Shown one piece after another: positions 26,244 through 41,200 of a DNA stretch of 64,000 nt. The DNA comes from Octopus sinensis (taxonomy: Eukaryota): the NCBI RefSeq assembly GCF_006345805.1, contig NC_043000.1, forward strand, positions 24,056,001 through 24,120,000. Direction: 5' to 3'. Made by a program: the position numbers and the translations under genes. The notes under the pieces were generated by a model that worked only from the letters and a program-made list of their open reading frames with translations, did no database searches and was not told where the DNA came from. Every line of letters starts with the position of its first letter. The first letter of the stretch is position 1.

Positions 26244-29200
26244 ACGTGCAAGAGCATACAATGTACTGCAGCAATGCTGGGACACAGCCTTATAGGGTTT
26301 AGTTGAATAAATCAACCTCAGTACATATTTTTCAAGCCTAGTACCCATTTTATCAGGCTTTTTAGGGGACATAAAAAACCCAACTCTGTTTGTAAGCAGT
26401 GGAGGCGACACACACACACAGAACAAACTCCCACACAGAAGTCTCCATCTCCCAAATCCATTCAAAAGACATTGGCTGAGCTGCTAATAGCGAAGTAATC
26501 TTCAAAGCAAGACACTTACCTTCTTTTTGGGGACAAAACTCTCGCCGAGTAGTAACAGCATTAGATGAATCATAACTAAAATAAGTTGGTGACAATGATA
26601 ACTTCAAAGATGGTTTCTTAATTCCATCATTAGCTTCTGAGGAATTTTCACATATTCGGAGTTTTTTCTCCTGTATTTCTGATTTGGTAAATGAACTTTT
26701 CCTTTTATTATCGGAAGGAGTTACGGTGGTAGATGTAGAAGAGTTAGATGGAACACTTTTAGGGGTACAGGGGAGAGACACAAGATCTGACGACGCATTA
26801 GAAGTATTGTCTTCATCATGTGTTTTAGCAAACATATGGAAGTGAGATTTTTCCTTGGTGCTGCTGCTATTATCACATGCTTTCTCTTTTTCAGTTGTTT
26901 CCAGAGGTTCCTTGGATGATTCAGATCTTAATTTGTGCAATTTGTTTAATAGTTGGGCAACCTAAAATAAAATAATAAATAATATAATGTATCATCAATT
27001 TATATTACTTGTACAAATATATGGGAAATTACCACTGAAAACGAGGCAATTTCTACTCTTCTCCTCTGGAAGCCATCTACTCGCGATACCAGAGGGCACA
27101 CACTCTCCTACTCTGATGTAATCTCCAGGGATCCAGCAACAGGACCTCCGTAATGCTATAATGAACCGTGAAGTCTGGCGTAGCATAGTAAATTCCATTG
27201 TTGAACAATGATGATGTGAGTATGTATACACAGATACACACATTCATTAACATTGAGTGGCATTATCAGAATATCTTATCAATATTACATTAAATTTAAT
27301 TAGAAATGCATCTTTTCTCAGACTCAAATTTTACTAATATATTCTTGATTAATATTTAAACTGTTTCTTTTTTCACCCCCAAGCCCTAGGACTGGTTTCC
27401 ATGACATACAAGTGACCAAAACCACAACACTCTCCTGAACAGGACACCAGTCTGTTGCTGGGTTCAAAGCCAGCAATTTCTGAGATGAGAGGGCAAGTCA
27501 TACTTTATCAACCCTGAAGGGATGAAAGGCAAAGTTGACCTCAATAGAATTTGAACTCAGAATGTAAAAAGCTGGAATAAATGCTGTTAATCATTTTATC
27601 TGACATGCTAATGATTCAGTCAGCTTGCAGCCTTATTTAGAATGTAGGAGTATGACAATATGTGAATCACTAAAGTAAGGGGACACTACTAAAATAAATC
27701 AGTTATTTTCCTTACTCTTAGAAACAATGTATTAGTTACTACACCAACTTGCTTTTATAATTTACTAGCAGTATCGCCCGGCGTTGCTCGGGTTGTAAGG
27801 GAAATAACTATATAAGCATTTTTAGAGAGTTATAGCCAAAAAATAGCAAAAAAATGCATTAAAAATTGAAAAAAAATTAAAGTAAATTTTTTTTTTAAAT
27901 CGTTGACACATCGTAGATATTTTTAGAGAGTTACTTCCCTTATATAAAAGCGAAAAAAATGCATTAAAATGGAAAAATATGATGGTAAATTTTTTTTAAA
28001 TCGTAGACGTGCGCTAATACCCAGAAGGGCTCGATATGAATCACGACTATAAGATACCCGCTTTTGGTTAAACTGCACCGCAAAATGTGGGAGTAGTTAC
28101 GAATCTAAATCGTAGGAGACAGACACACAACTTCACTCTTATATAAAGATGCTTTTTTTTTTCAGTCATAGAGTTAGATTTATGAAGGTCTTCAGTAGAA
28201 AATCCTTCGAATTCTGACTCGCTGCTTGATATAATGAAATTCGTATCCATTTTTTGTCAGAATTACAAATTTTGAAAACACAATAGGAACAAATTTCCGA
28301 AAAAAATCTCCCATAATTCACGGAATTAAAATTACACTTCGATTTTTGTACAAAACTGTATTTGAAGTGTTTACGAAGTATAATACGTGTTTTCACGAAT
28401 GTACTAAAGAGATTTACTCTGATATTCTCATTTAAATATGAATAGGTAAATTCGGGCGGTTTGGTAACGAAAGGGTTTATATAAGTGTCGTCTGTTTATA
28501 CATAAACACTGTTTCATACTTTCAGTTTAGTCTTCCTCAAATCACTCTGTCGCTATTTACTCTCTTCCAAGAACATTTTCACTCACTGTTATCTGTTAGC
28601 TTGCCATACATTTTACTCATGTATCTATCAGCGTGATAGACAGAAACAAATATTACATCTAGTTTCACTTTATTCGTTGCACACTGTGTGTGTGCGTTTG
28701 CGTGTGCTGTAAACCAGACTAAGAAAAGCATTTGAATGTGAGTTTTCTGTAAATTTTGCTTAATTGGAGTTTAAATTTTAAAAACTGGACCTGGCAAAAC
28801 CCGATGCATTCTACTCTTAAAAATGCTAGGTAAATTGTAATTGAAGAAATCCTATATTGTAGATTTCTATAACTGACAAAGGGAGGCAGATAAAATCTGC
28901 CTTTTATAATAAGAGATTAATCAGAAAACTATAATGATGAGATTGCTTATTTAAATATTGTAGCATGGAGGGTGGATGTTAAGCAATGATATACGTTTTA
29001 AAAAGAATTTCTAAGATAAAAACATGTGAAGGTAGAAGCATGACCAATAATTTCAGGATAAACTGCTAGCTTAAGAAGTCAAACGAAAGGCTGCTTTCTT
29101 ATAATGAAAGTGAAATTAAAATTACTTAATGAAATACCCAACAGTTAATTGGGAACACAAATTCATAATTTAAATTGAGATAGAAAAAAAAATTAAATTT

Positions 29201-32200
29201 TTCAAAGTAGTTATACCAGGACAGCATTTTCATCTTTAAAATTTGAGGCAACATCTTGTAATTCCATAGCAAGAGCTAACAATCCTACTGCATAGTAGCA
29301 CAAAGGATCTTCATCTGTCGAAGCCCACTGGAAGAGGCGAGTCACAAGACCTTCCTGGATAAAAAAGAGAAGAATTCAATTAAAACTGTTATTCTGCAAA
29401 GGATGTATTTAACAGGATTCAAAGAGTTTCTTACAAATCTAGGATTTATCAAAAAAGTTGTAACATTTTATCTTTTTCAGAGAAAATCAGTAACCAAAGT
29501 AGAAAGATAGTGGACGTTAAACAATGATGAACCATGCAGATATTAGAAACACATCTAAATTCATGTAGAGTATGTTTTTTATGTACAAAGAATTAAATAT
29601 ATAATATAGAAATCCAACCATGTTGTCATAGAACTATTTTTATTTGTTCACATGCAATTTTGAGCAGAGACAATAATCAAATAAAAACTTCATATTAATA
29701 TTGAAGAATTGTTATTTTACCGTTCCTTGGAATACGTCAGAAGTCTCCAAGCCATTGATGATATCTAGCAACAGACGACAGGCTGCAATATGAATTTCTT
29801 TTTTTTCCCAGCCACCCTCCATTATGTAGGTGCCAATCTGAAAAAAATAAAACCATAAATACAATATAATGACTGAATTTAATTTCATTAAGAAATAACA
29901 CCCTCAACTAATAAAATCAGTTTACAAATGAATTCCATCTATAAGAATAATTAATGCTAGCACAATATTACAAGAATAATAACAACAGAGTAATTTTAAA
30001 TTTCCATCTTTCTAGAATTTACCAACATCACCCCTGATGTACCTATATAGGGTTTCATTTTGGATTCGCTAATGTCCACTTTTCTATCTTTCTGTTTCAT
30101 TCTCTGTGCTGTGTCCCTACTTTTGGCCTTCAGTGCTGCTGTTCTTTATTTGACTTATGTCTACTTTCTGTCTCCACTTTTACTCTTTTTCTGATGAAGT
30201 GATGAGCACTGAATACAGTATGCACAATATGATTATTACTATTATAAGGATTTGCATATATGACATACGAGAGCATTAAAAAAACAAAATACAAATAACA
30301 TGCATGTATAATGGGGAAAACCCTTTCATTTAATAAAACTTATGAAACTTTTCTTTGTTAGACTTGTGCTATAACAGTGTTAATTCCTGTTCCCAAAATT
30401 TTGCTAGACAAATGATTACTTATATAATTAAGTATACAACAGACACACCAAAATGAAGTCAAAGTACTTACTTTACTCATAAAAGCTTCATTAATAAAAA
30501 GAGCTTTCATTAAGTGACCTAATGTACAATTAGGATTGGCAATACCTGAGGAGAAGACAAAAATATTACTTTACATTTTATAAAATATAAAAGATGGTTT
30601 GTTAAATCTAACGAAGTTCTTTTGAATGTAGTTTGTTATAACCAATTATATTTTGTATGAAACAATGTAGTTATTGCAGTTTTTAATATATTACTGTATT
30701 TTCTTCTTTACCCTAAGATATCCACGTTAATCTTTGAGAACACTGTTCAGCTTGAGAGAATATCATCATCATTTGATGTCCACCTTCCCATGCTCACATG
30801 GGTCAGACAGGATTTGAGGTGGATTTTCTACAGCTGGATGCCCTTTCTGTCACCAACCCTCGCTTGTTTCCAAGCAAGATATTTCTCCATGACCAGCCAT
30901 GTACAAATGAAGAAAACCAGTGTACTTTTTCCATCCAAAGCTCTTTGAAGCATCATCTTCTCCTGTGCTACCTAGAGCATCATCGTCATCATGAATCTCA
31001 TTTGACGATGAAGGAAAGTCAGAAAAAACTTTATCTCTGTATAAACCTTCCACTTGCAACTTGATTTCTCCCACAAGGGCCACTCCCTCCACTAGGTGCA
31101 TTTGACAAATTAGATGCTCAGGTATCAATTGATGAGGGCTATATCTATGTAAAATCTTTGAAACATCAACTGATGTCCACTGTTTCAGGGTTAAGAATGT
31201 ATAACCATACTAAATAAACAATGCAGTTCAACAAAATAAATTATATTCTACCACAGAATGAAGTTTGCATGATTGGAAAATAACTATGAAGGACAAACCT
31301 ACCTGGATGGCGATCATCAAAAGGATCTGGATCCATTTTAAAGTATGCTTCAGTTTCTTTTTCAATTAACTCAGCCATCCTATACAAAAGAAAGGACATT
31401 ATTAGTAAAAATAAGTAACCTTTTAAGCTTGCTTACCAATTGTTTTTTCTTTCATTGCTTTACACATTTCAACAATAGAATGCTTGTTCAAGTTTATACA
31501 TTTTTAATGTTACCAGGACAAGTATTTTGACAATTTGACACTGTTCCTACGGGTAAACAAAAAACTATGAAATAGAAGTAAAACATTTTATTCAAGCAGA
31601 GTTGTGTGTAGATAATATATAGATAATTTAACAAGGGCTGTTGCTACATTTTTTGCTGCTGCTGTTTGTCATCATCATACTTTTCTATGATGATGATAGT
31701 TTGACAGGAGTGAAATATATTTTTTAACTCAGTTGTAATTTTTTTCTACTCTAGGAACAAGGCCTGAAATTTGAGGGGAGGAGGTCAGTCAATTAGATCA
31801 ACACCAGTATGCAACTGGTAGTTAATTTATCGACCCTGAAAGGATGAAAGGCAAAGACGACCTCAGCGGAATTTGAACTCAGAACGTAAAGACAGATGAA
31901 ATATCGCTAAGCATTTCACCCAGTGTGCTAATGTTTCTGCCAGCTCGTTGCCTTAAGGATATATTCTGTTCTACTCTAGGTACAAGGCCCTAAATTTTAG
32001 GGGAGAGGGCCAGTCAATTAGATTGACCCCAGTATGCAACTGGTACTTAATTTATCGACCCCGAAAGAATGAAAGGCAAAGTCAACCTTGGCGGAATTTG
32101 AACTCAGAACGTAAAGACAGACAAAAATCACTAAGCATTTCGCCTGGTGTGCTAACATTTCGGCCTGCTTGCTGCCTTCCATTTGTAATTTCTGTTGAAA

Positions 32201-35200
32201 AAATTAGTTTATTATATAGACTGCCTTAGTTTCAATCAACTTTGAAAATGAAGAATTTATAAAAATAATTTGTCATTATTAAGCTTTAACATGCCACCAG
32301 CCCGGGTGCCAGTTGAGTAACATCATCAGTCACAATTATGATCTCACTTGGTTTGACAGGTCTTCTCAAGCACAGTATATCGCCAAGGGTCTTGGTCAGT
32401 TGTCAGGGTCTCAGGTACATGAGGGTGAGTAGAGGGGAATGCAGTGGTAAGCATGGGTAGAGGAGGGGTGTTGGGAAGATGGGTAATGGGGAAGGTTTGT
32501 GGTGGTGCAGATTTTATTTAGTTGGGCAGGTCTTCTCATGTACAGCAAATCACCATTAGTCTCAGTTTTTTCTTACCTCCTCTGTGAATCTCAGTGTACT
32601 TATGTTTGAATGTGTGCGTGTACATATAAATTTAATGTCTACTTATAATATTCTATGATTATAAGGCAGTGAACTAACAAAATTATTAGAACATCGGGCA
32701 AAATGCTTTTACTTGTTTCTGTCATTTGACTGTGACCATGCTGGAGCACCACCTTTAGTCGAGCAAATCGACCCCAGGACTTATTCTTTGTAAGTTTTTT
32801 ATTCTTTCTATCGGTCTCTTTTGCCAAACCGTTAAGTTACAGGGATGTAAACACACTGGCATCAGTTGTCAAGCTATGTTGGGGGTACAAGCACAGACAC
32901 ACAAACATATACACACACACATACATATACTTATATATATATATAAAAGAAGACCTATATAAGACCTATTGAGTCAAGTACATCAACATCAAAAATCAAT
33001 GGAAATTGTAGTTGTGATCATTGCATCGGTGGCATGTAAAAGGCACCATCCGAACGTTTCCGATGCCAGCACCCACTACACTCATGGAGTGGTTGGCTTT
33101 AGGAAGGGCATCCAGCTGTAGAAACACAGCCAGATCAGACTGGAGCCTGGTGCAGCCTTCTGGCTTCCCAGACCCCGGTCGAACCGTCCAACCCATGCTA
33201 GCATGGAAAACAGACGTTAAATGATGATGATGATAAGCTAGTGCTTGTAATATAAATTGATATGAAATTTTGATGGAAGCTTTTTATTTGGGAATTTGTA
33301 CCAAAGAACCAAAGGCAGTTTCAGTGGAGTTAGTTAATTATATTTTACAATTGTAAAGATTTTCTCTTATCCTTAAATTTTGTCACCCTCTGAATGTAAC
33401 TAATTAAAATAGTATTTTTGTTCCTCCTTCTACAAAATGAAAAAGTCACAACTATGTTGATAGAAACTGTAAATTTTTAATAATTTTAAAAGTTATTTCA
33501 TACACATAGACGGTGCATTCTCAGGAAAAAAAAAAAAGAAAGAAAAAAAGGAAACAAAAAGATTAATCATTTTGTTACTATATTGCTCTTGAAATTTGGA
33601 GAAAAATGACAGTCATTATTAACCCTTTACATTCAAATTACTCTATCAAATTTCGTTTTTGGATTTAGTTTGCAAGATTCTTTATATGAGTTCGTGTGTT
33701 GAAGCATATTCTGTTGTGTCTGGGGAGAGTCATTTTCTTTTTGTGCCTTATAATGTAACACACTCACAGGTAAAATTTCCACTTATTTCTTATTTTTATT
33801 TTCCTAAAATTTTCGTTGCGTCTTGCAACCTTTTCAATAGTCTTGACTGTTCATTATTTACACTGTGTCAAGACTATTGAAAAGGTTGAAGACGCAACGG
33901 AATTTTATCGGTGAGCGTGTTAAATTATAAGGCACAAAAAGAAAATGACTCTCCCCAGACACAACAGAATACTCTATCAAATGTAATGCTTATTATTCAC
34001 ATTGTTTTGAATTATTCATGCCTTATATTTAAGATTTTGATGATGTGATAGTTTATTTTTAGAGTGACATTGTAGAGTAGGTGTGAAAAGCTGGATATGG
34101 CCAGTTTGAACATAAAACGGGATAATTGAGCTGAATATGGCTGATGTAAATGCTGAAGGTTAAGCTAGTATTTGGAGTATAAATTAACACAAAATTTGAA
34201 TGGAATTTTCATATTTGCTGTTGTATAAGACACACCTCTATTTTACAAGTAAACAGATTTAGTGTGTTTTGTCATACTTATTGAGTATCTTAAAGTTGTT
34301 TTGTAAGGGATAATGTATGATTCTATGCAGTATACAGGAATAAGGTGTGAAGCTATAAATTTATAAATAAACTGCATTATACAAATACCATATTTTAACT
34401 TTGTCTTCTTTCAGATCAACCGTATTGTTGTATTACAATTTGGTCAAGAGAATTATCATACAGGATGTGAAACTTGTATTTCTGGCTGTGATGTTTCGTG
34501 TTACTGCAGTTGGCCACCAGGGTGGTGCACCACTGCAATTGTTTTGTTGTAATCAACAGGTTGCAAATAGCTGATACATGGATGAAAGTTTAATATTCCT
34601 TTCATCTTTCTCAGAGAAATTTCATTTAGATAATTTTTAAAAACCTTTCTTAAAAGCAACAGAATCATTAAATAATGGTAGGACACAAAGCAGGTGTGGG
34701 CTATGTATGCTGGGAACGAGATGATGTGATCTTTCCACATAACTGGTGACATACCATATACAAGTTTTCATAAGTTTGTGCTAACAGACTGATATTTTGG
34801 TTTGTTTTCAATATTTTATTATTAGTAAGAATTATTGTGCATAGCCTATAACACTTAGTCACCCATCTGTAATACAGTGACAAACAATATAGGGCAATAT
34901 TTTGATACATTTAAAAATATAAAAGCAAATCTTACACATCAACAAATACATTACTTTGAAACAGGATGTTTGCATTGTTAAACCTGGAGTGGTTTCAGGC
35001 AGGTTAGTATGAAAAGGGTTATGGTTATAAATATGTGAATACTAAATGCAAAGGAGATAGAAGAATGTTTCCAGTAATAATTACAAGTATGAACTATGAA
35101 CTACTTTCAGATCATGAGTCTCCTCGATGCAGGAGTTTATCTCATGGCTCATAAACACAGGCAGAGGAGAAATAAATCTCCTTACAGATATGATGCAATG

Positions 35201-38200
35201 TCTGTCAAAAGGGATCATTCCTGGATGATCTGGTACTTAAGGTGAGCAGAGCTAACGAAGAATAGTGATCTGTCCTGAAACGCATCAAAATGTCTGCACT
35301 AGATTTAGACTCATGAGTACGTAAACCAATGTGGTTGCTGTTTAATGATGAGAAAAGGAACTTAAGAAATTCCCATCATTAAATGTTGAGAAGTATAGAC
35401 ATCTTATGACAAAATATTGCAGACTAATTGACAAGAGGCTAACATTTTCAATATGCTGTCACAAAAACTATACATACTAAGCAAAAATTCCTGGACTAGT
35501 TCTCTGGTGCACCAACAGATGGCAGCACATGGTTGCATACGCAGTGAGAGCTAGCAACAACCTTACTGAGGCAGTGTGCCATGTGACATCAGTGTGTTTA
35601 TTTTGCAAGTTGTGAAATTTGTGTTATTGTGATCACATGGATTCTGTAGTTTGCGATTTTGTTATGGACAGGAAGTTGGAACAAAGAGCCACTGTGAAAG
35701 AACATCCCTGGAAGACAATGAATGATTTGGAAGACCTACCATGAACATCATCCCCAGAAATGTGGAGAAAATCCATCAGCTTTGCGTGAGGATTGTTGGA
35801 GGACAATCAATGACATTGCTGATGTCATATGGGTCTGTGCAAGCAATCCTCAAGTCTGAACTGAACATGTGGCATGTCTTTGCCAAATTTGTCTCCTGTC
35901 TGCTGACCACTGAGCAGAAAGAACAAGTCAAAGTCTGTCAATATCTCCATCAGTGTGCAGCTGATGACCCATCCTTCATGTCAAGGATCATCACTGATGA
36001 CAAGTGATGGGTCTATGGGATTGAGCCTGAGATGACACAACACTCGTCAATAGAAGAGTCCTTCATCTCCCCAACCAAAGATTGCATGACAGAGCAGCAG
36101 TTCAATCAAGAGCATGCTCGTTTTTTTGACACCCACAGCATTGTGCATTGACAATTTGTCCCCCAGGGCCAGGCCGTCAATTGAGAGTTCTATTGTGACT
36201 GGATCTGTGGAGTGAGAAGAATTGGATTCTTCAAATGACAATGCACCCTGTCACTGAGCTCTCCTCACTTGTGAGTTTCTCACCAAATACAACATGCTAT
36301 TGCTTCTGTACCCACCCTATTCACTAGATTTAGCATCTGCAGACTTCTATCTCTTCCCTAAGATGAACATGTAGCTCAATGGTCGCTGTTTTAACACAGT
36401 TGCTGAGATCCAGAGTGAATTGCAGGTCTTTGACTTGCTTACAGAAAACGATTTCCAGGCCAGGTTCCAAAAGTAACAGGAATGTGCGGACCGGTGAATT
36501 GCTGCACAAGGTGACTATTTTGAAGATGTTGTTAAAACTTAGGTAAATAAAATATTTTTTTTATTAAACAAAATTAGTCCAGGAACTTTTTGATACCATC
36601 TTGTACTCTGGTCAATTGGTGACCCCTTGACCATGTATAAATTTCTATTGCATATAATCTGTACCAACATACACATGAAATGCTGCAGCAGCTGTAGTCT
36701 ATTGAACTGAATATAGAAAATATTTCCTGCAGACCAACAGTAGACTAAAATGCAATGTTGGAGATAACCAGCAGGATTTGAACCCAGTCAGCAATCAACA
36801 AAATTAATTATTGCAAGTGCACGACCATCTGCACTGCCCTTACAGACCTGATAATAACATCACAAATTGTATTAATAGTGATAATAATGGTTTCAAATTT
36901 TTGCCAGAATGACTAATATTGCCCAAGTGTCAAAACAATAGTGATATCTGTTTGGGAAGCTGATGACAGGAAAGCACATATGTTATGCTCGATTGTGAAT
37001 TTCTATCTTAGTCTCGTTATTTTGGGTTGTCTTTCATTCTTGTAAAATGGAAAGACACTGTGGGCTCATAGTTTGTGGGGATCACATACTTTGATATTGT
37101 TTGGTTTTCCTCATAGGTAATCTAATTAGGCTTCGACAAGGTTTATGGTGTCTAATTTTGGGGTGGTTCTGTGGTATGCATTTTATGAATTTAAGTCTGC
37201 ATGTTTCCAAAGTAACAAAAGATGAAGTTAAAGCTTCACATTATACAATATATTTGAGACATTAGTAAAGTTTGTTGATTAGTTATCATCAGTTGTGTTC
37301 AGACATCCTCTTGCTAGAAGCGAATCAATTTTATAACTGTTTCCTTAGCACAGCATTGCAAGTTGAGTTTGTTAGTAAGGTAATTAATAAGAAAGTTCAG
37401 TGGTAAAGTTGTTGCCAGTACAACACTAAGATGAACCTAACAGACAAACCCCACTACTTAGCATCTGGGTGCCTTGAGTCATCATCATCATCATCATCGT
37501 TTAATGTCCGCTTTTCATGCTAACATGGGTTGGACGATTTTGACTGAGGGCTGGCGAACCAGATGGCTGCACTGGGCTCCACTCTTGATTTGGCAGAGTT
37601 TCTACAGCTGGATGCCCTTCCTAACGCCAACCACTCCGAGAGAGTAGTGGGTGCTTTTTACGTGCCACCGGCATGGGGGCCAGTCAGGCGGTACTGGCAA
37701 CAACCTCACTCGAATCTTTTTACACATGCCACCAGCACTGGTGCCAGTGAGGCTACGTTGGTAATGATCACGCTCGAATGGTGCCCTTTTACGTGCCACT
37801 GGCATGGAAGCCTGTTGGCTGCTCTGGCAATGATCATGCTCATTAGACCACTACAAGTATTCAGTCTAGGTTTGAGGATATCAAAATACAGTAATCCCTC
37901 ACCAAAAAGCAGTTTATTATTAAAGCTTACATCGATTCCACTGTGGTGGTGTTTTGCATTTATAATAAAATAAATACATACAAATCATAAAAATTAAAAA
38001 AAATAAAATATACAGTACTGTTTCTACATTGCTGATTTTCACCTATCACATGGGGCTTTGGAATGTAACACCTGCAATAGCTGAGAGATAACTGTATACA
38101 GAACACTCCCCACATCAACATGAAAAAATGAGCATATAAATGAAGGGTAGGAGGAAAGAAATCAATGTTAATGATGGATTAGTCAACAGAAATATAGTCA

Positions 38201-41200
38201 TTGCCACTTCAAAAAGTTGAAATTTATATCACAGTACAAGCTAAAAAACTTAACCCTTTTGAGGTCAGCCTATCTGAGACTACACTTGGTTCTATGATAC
38301 AAGCTTCCTGTTTTAAAGCGATAAAAAGTCAAACCGTCCATTAAAATTTCACATTAATTTACATTCCAAACCCCAGCTTAATAGCCATAAAGTTATTTTA
38401 CTAAATTCTTCATGGTTTTCAAAATTGAGATAAAGGTAAGGAATTTCAACAGAAATACAGAGAAGTCAGAATAGTTGAAAGTATTATAGCAGAGCAAGTA
38501 TTCAAATGAACAAATGAAATCTGTAAGATGGTATCAAATACAAAATCACTTGTTATTAATGTGTAACAGATATTGTTGAAAATTAAAACGCGAAAATTCT
38601 AGCTTCTTAATATGAAAAATGGTCTCTTATCTTTGACTTATTTCAGTCATTAGACCATGGCCATGCGGGGGCACTGTTTTGAAGGATTTTAGTCAAATGA
38701 CTTGACCTCAGTACTATTATTTCTTTAAAACCTGGTACTTATTCTGTCAGTCACTTTTGCCAAATCACTAAGTTATGGGGATGTAAACACACCAGCACCG
38801 ATTGCCAAGTGGTGATGGGGGACAAACGCATATAGATATTTATACAATGGACTTTATTCAGTTTTCATTTACCAAATCCACTCACAAGGCTTTGGTCAGC
38901 CTGAGGTTACAGCAGAAAACACTAGCCCAAGGTGCCACACATTGGGAACCATGTAGTTGAAAAGCAAACTTCTTACCACACAACCATACCTGCTGTGGTG
39001 TGGACGAGCTACTAACGAAGCCTTTATCTAATAATTAATCAGAAAGTTCAGTGGTGAAGATAGTATAGGCTGTTTTAATTAAAAAAAAAAAACAGCCAGG
39101 ACTGGAATACCCATAATCACACGTTACTCAAGCAGAGTTAACATGACATTAAACAATAACTTTATATCAATATTCACAATGGGACCAGGACTAAAATGTG
39201 ATAGCCATTTTTAGACATTCCACCAATAACCTTTGTGTCAAAGGTCTGATCAAACTAAGCCGATTTTTGTTTATTTCAACAGAAATACACTTTATTGTAG
39301 TTAGACAGTCCTCCATGAGATAAATTATTCAGAGTATGTATATGAAGTTATAACAGTTTTAACATTCACTTGTATTGTTACGGTGGTGTTTCAGCATGGT
39401 ACAGACCAGATTAAAAGAGGATCAAAGCTGAAAAAGCATGCAGTCATCATCATCATCACCATTTAATGTCTGTTTTCTATGCTGGCATGGATTGGATAGT
39501 TTGACAGAAGCCAATGAACCAGGGCACTGCACCAAGCACCAATGTCTGCTTTTGTAGTTTTTATGGCCAGATGCCCTTCCTAATGCCAACCACTTCACAG
39601 AGTGTACTGGGTGCTTTTTACATGGCACAGGCACTAGTGAGGTCACCAAGTAACTTGCAAAACAAGACCCCTTAACTGAGAGGGAGGCAGTAGTGCTAAG
39701 GGAGATGGCTTTATGCCAGGTCAGGTCAAGAAAGGTTGTGAGTAAAGTATATTTTCAGATCAAATCACAATGTGGTGATAGTGAAAACACATCGCCTAGT
39801 GCTTAGGGTGTTAGGCTAATGATTGTAAAGTCACACATTCCTGGACCAAGGCAGCACACTGTGTCCTTGAGCAAAGCACTTCATTTCTCATTGCTTTAGT
39901 TCACTCAGTTGAAAATGAGTACTAGCTGGTCTCTTTCCTCTGGGTCTAAGAAGAGGCTGGAAGGTGTCTATGTCAGCAGCATCCTTACTTTGGCCACCTA
40001 AAACAACTTAAGTGACAGCCAGGCTTAGATTTTAGTTAGTGTTAGCATATTTAGTACTGGAAGTATTAAAGAGCTAATTAGAAATAATTAGGTGTGCTAG
40101 TTATCTTGTTCTGCGAGAAGTATCTCAGAAGCAAATCATTAAGCATTCATGATGAAATCCATCGTGGTATTAGATACATACATCACCTAAAGCATAAAAC
40201 ATGGTGTCCTGGATAGTCATGCAATGTTGAGAATTACATGTCTTAAATTGTACTAAGATAAAGAATTTAAAAGAACAGGTTTCATTTGTGGCACAAAGAG
40301 AGACCCCTGGACTCGCGGATTACTTTTTAAATAGTCAACCATTATATGTTCTTGATAGGAAGAGCTCACCCTTGAAGCAGGCTATTATGAGTAATTTACT
40401 CTTGGACTGAAGAGCTAAAGGTTTAAGAATAATGTACCTTCAGCATACCATTCTGAGAGAATTTCATTAAGGCAATCTTTGATCTTGGACACAGAAAATT
40501 GGGTGCATTCTTATAAAATAACCCTTTCACATTCAAATGGTTTGCAAAAGAAATAACTAAAGCAAGTAAAATGGGATTAATGGTGTTCTCTTATTACTGT
40601 TCCTCAATTGTAGGACTCATCATAATGACAGATTATAAAGTTTTGTGTAGATGGGCATCAGATTCATCCATGTTCTATCCCACAGATGAGTAAAAGTGGT
40701 GTCAAAAAATATTTCAACAAGAATCAGAGAGCTCCTACTTCTGTTGGTGGCAAAGGGCCTCTCGCTCAGTAAAATTAAGAAGGAATTCCCCATCGAAGTT
40801 AACAAAGAACTCAATAGATCTACAAACCAAGCTGTAAAATTATATCATATTATTAGAAAATTAAATTGATTTGAACTACCAGTAAAAGCATTCTTTTCCT
40901 TTTTCAAATATATATACATCCTGCTGTAGAAACATTGCCAGATCAGATTGGAGCCTGGTGCAGCTGCTGGCTCTCCAGACCTCAAACCGTCCAACCCATA
41001 CCAGCATGGAAAACGGACGTTAGACGATTATGATGATATATAGCAAGTTATGTGAATGATAGGGAGTGCTTTATAGTTGAGGATATAAGGTTGGTACCAA
41101 CCTAAGAGCCTCTTCATCTGATAAGTAGTGACATTTTGAACATACCATATTGGACATTCAATTATGTATTGTATATGGTTCTTTGTCAATTGATTTATTG

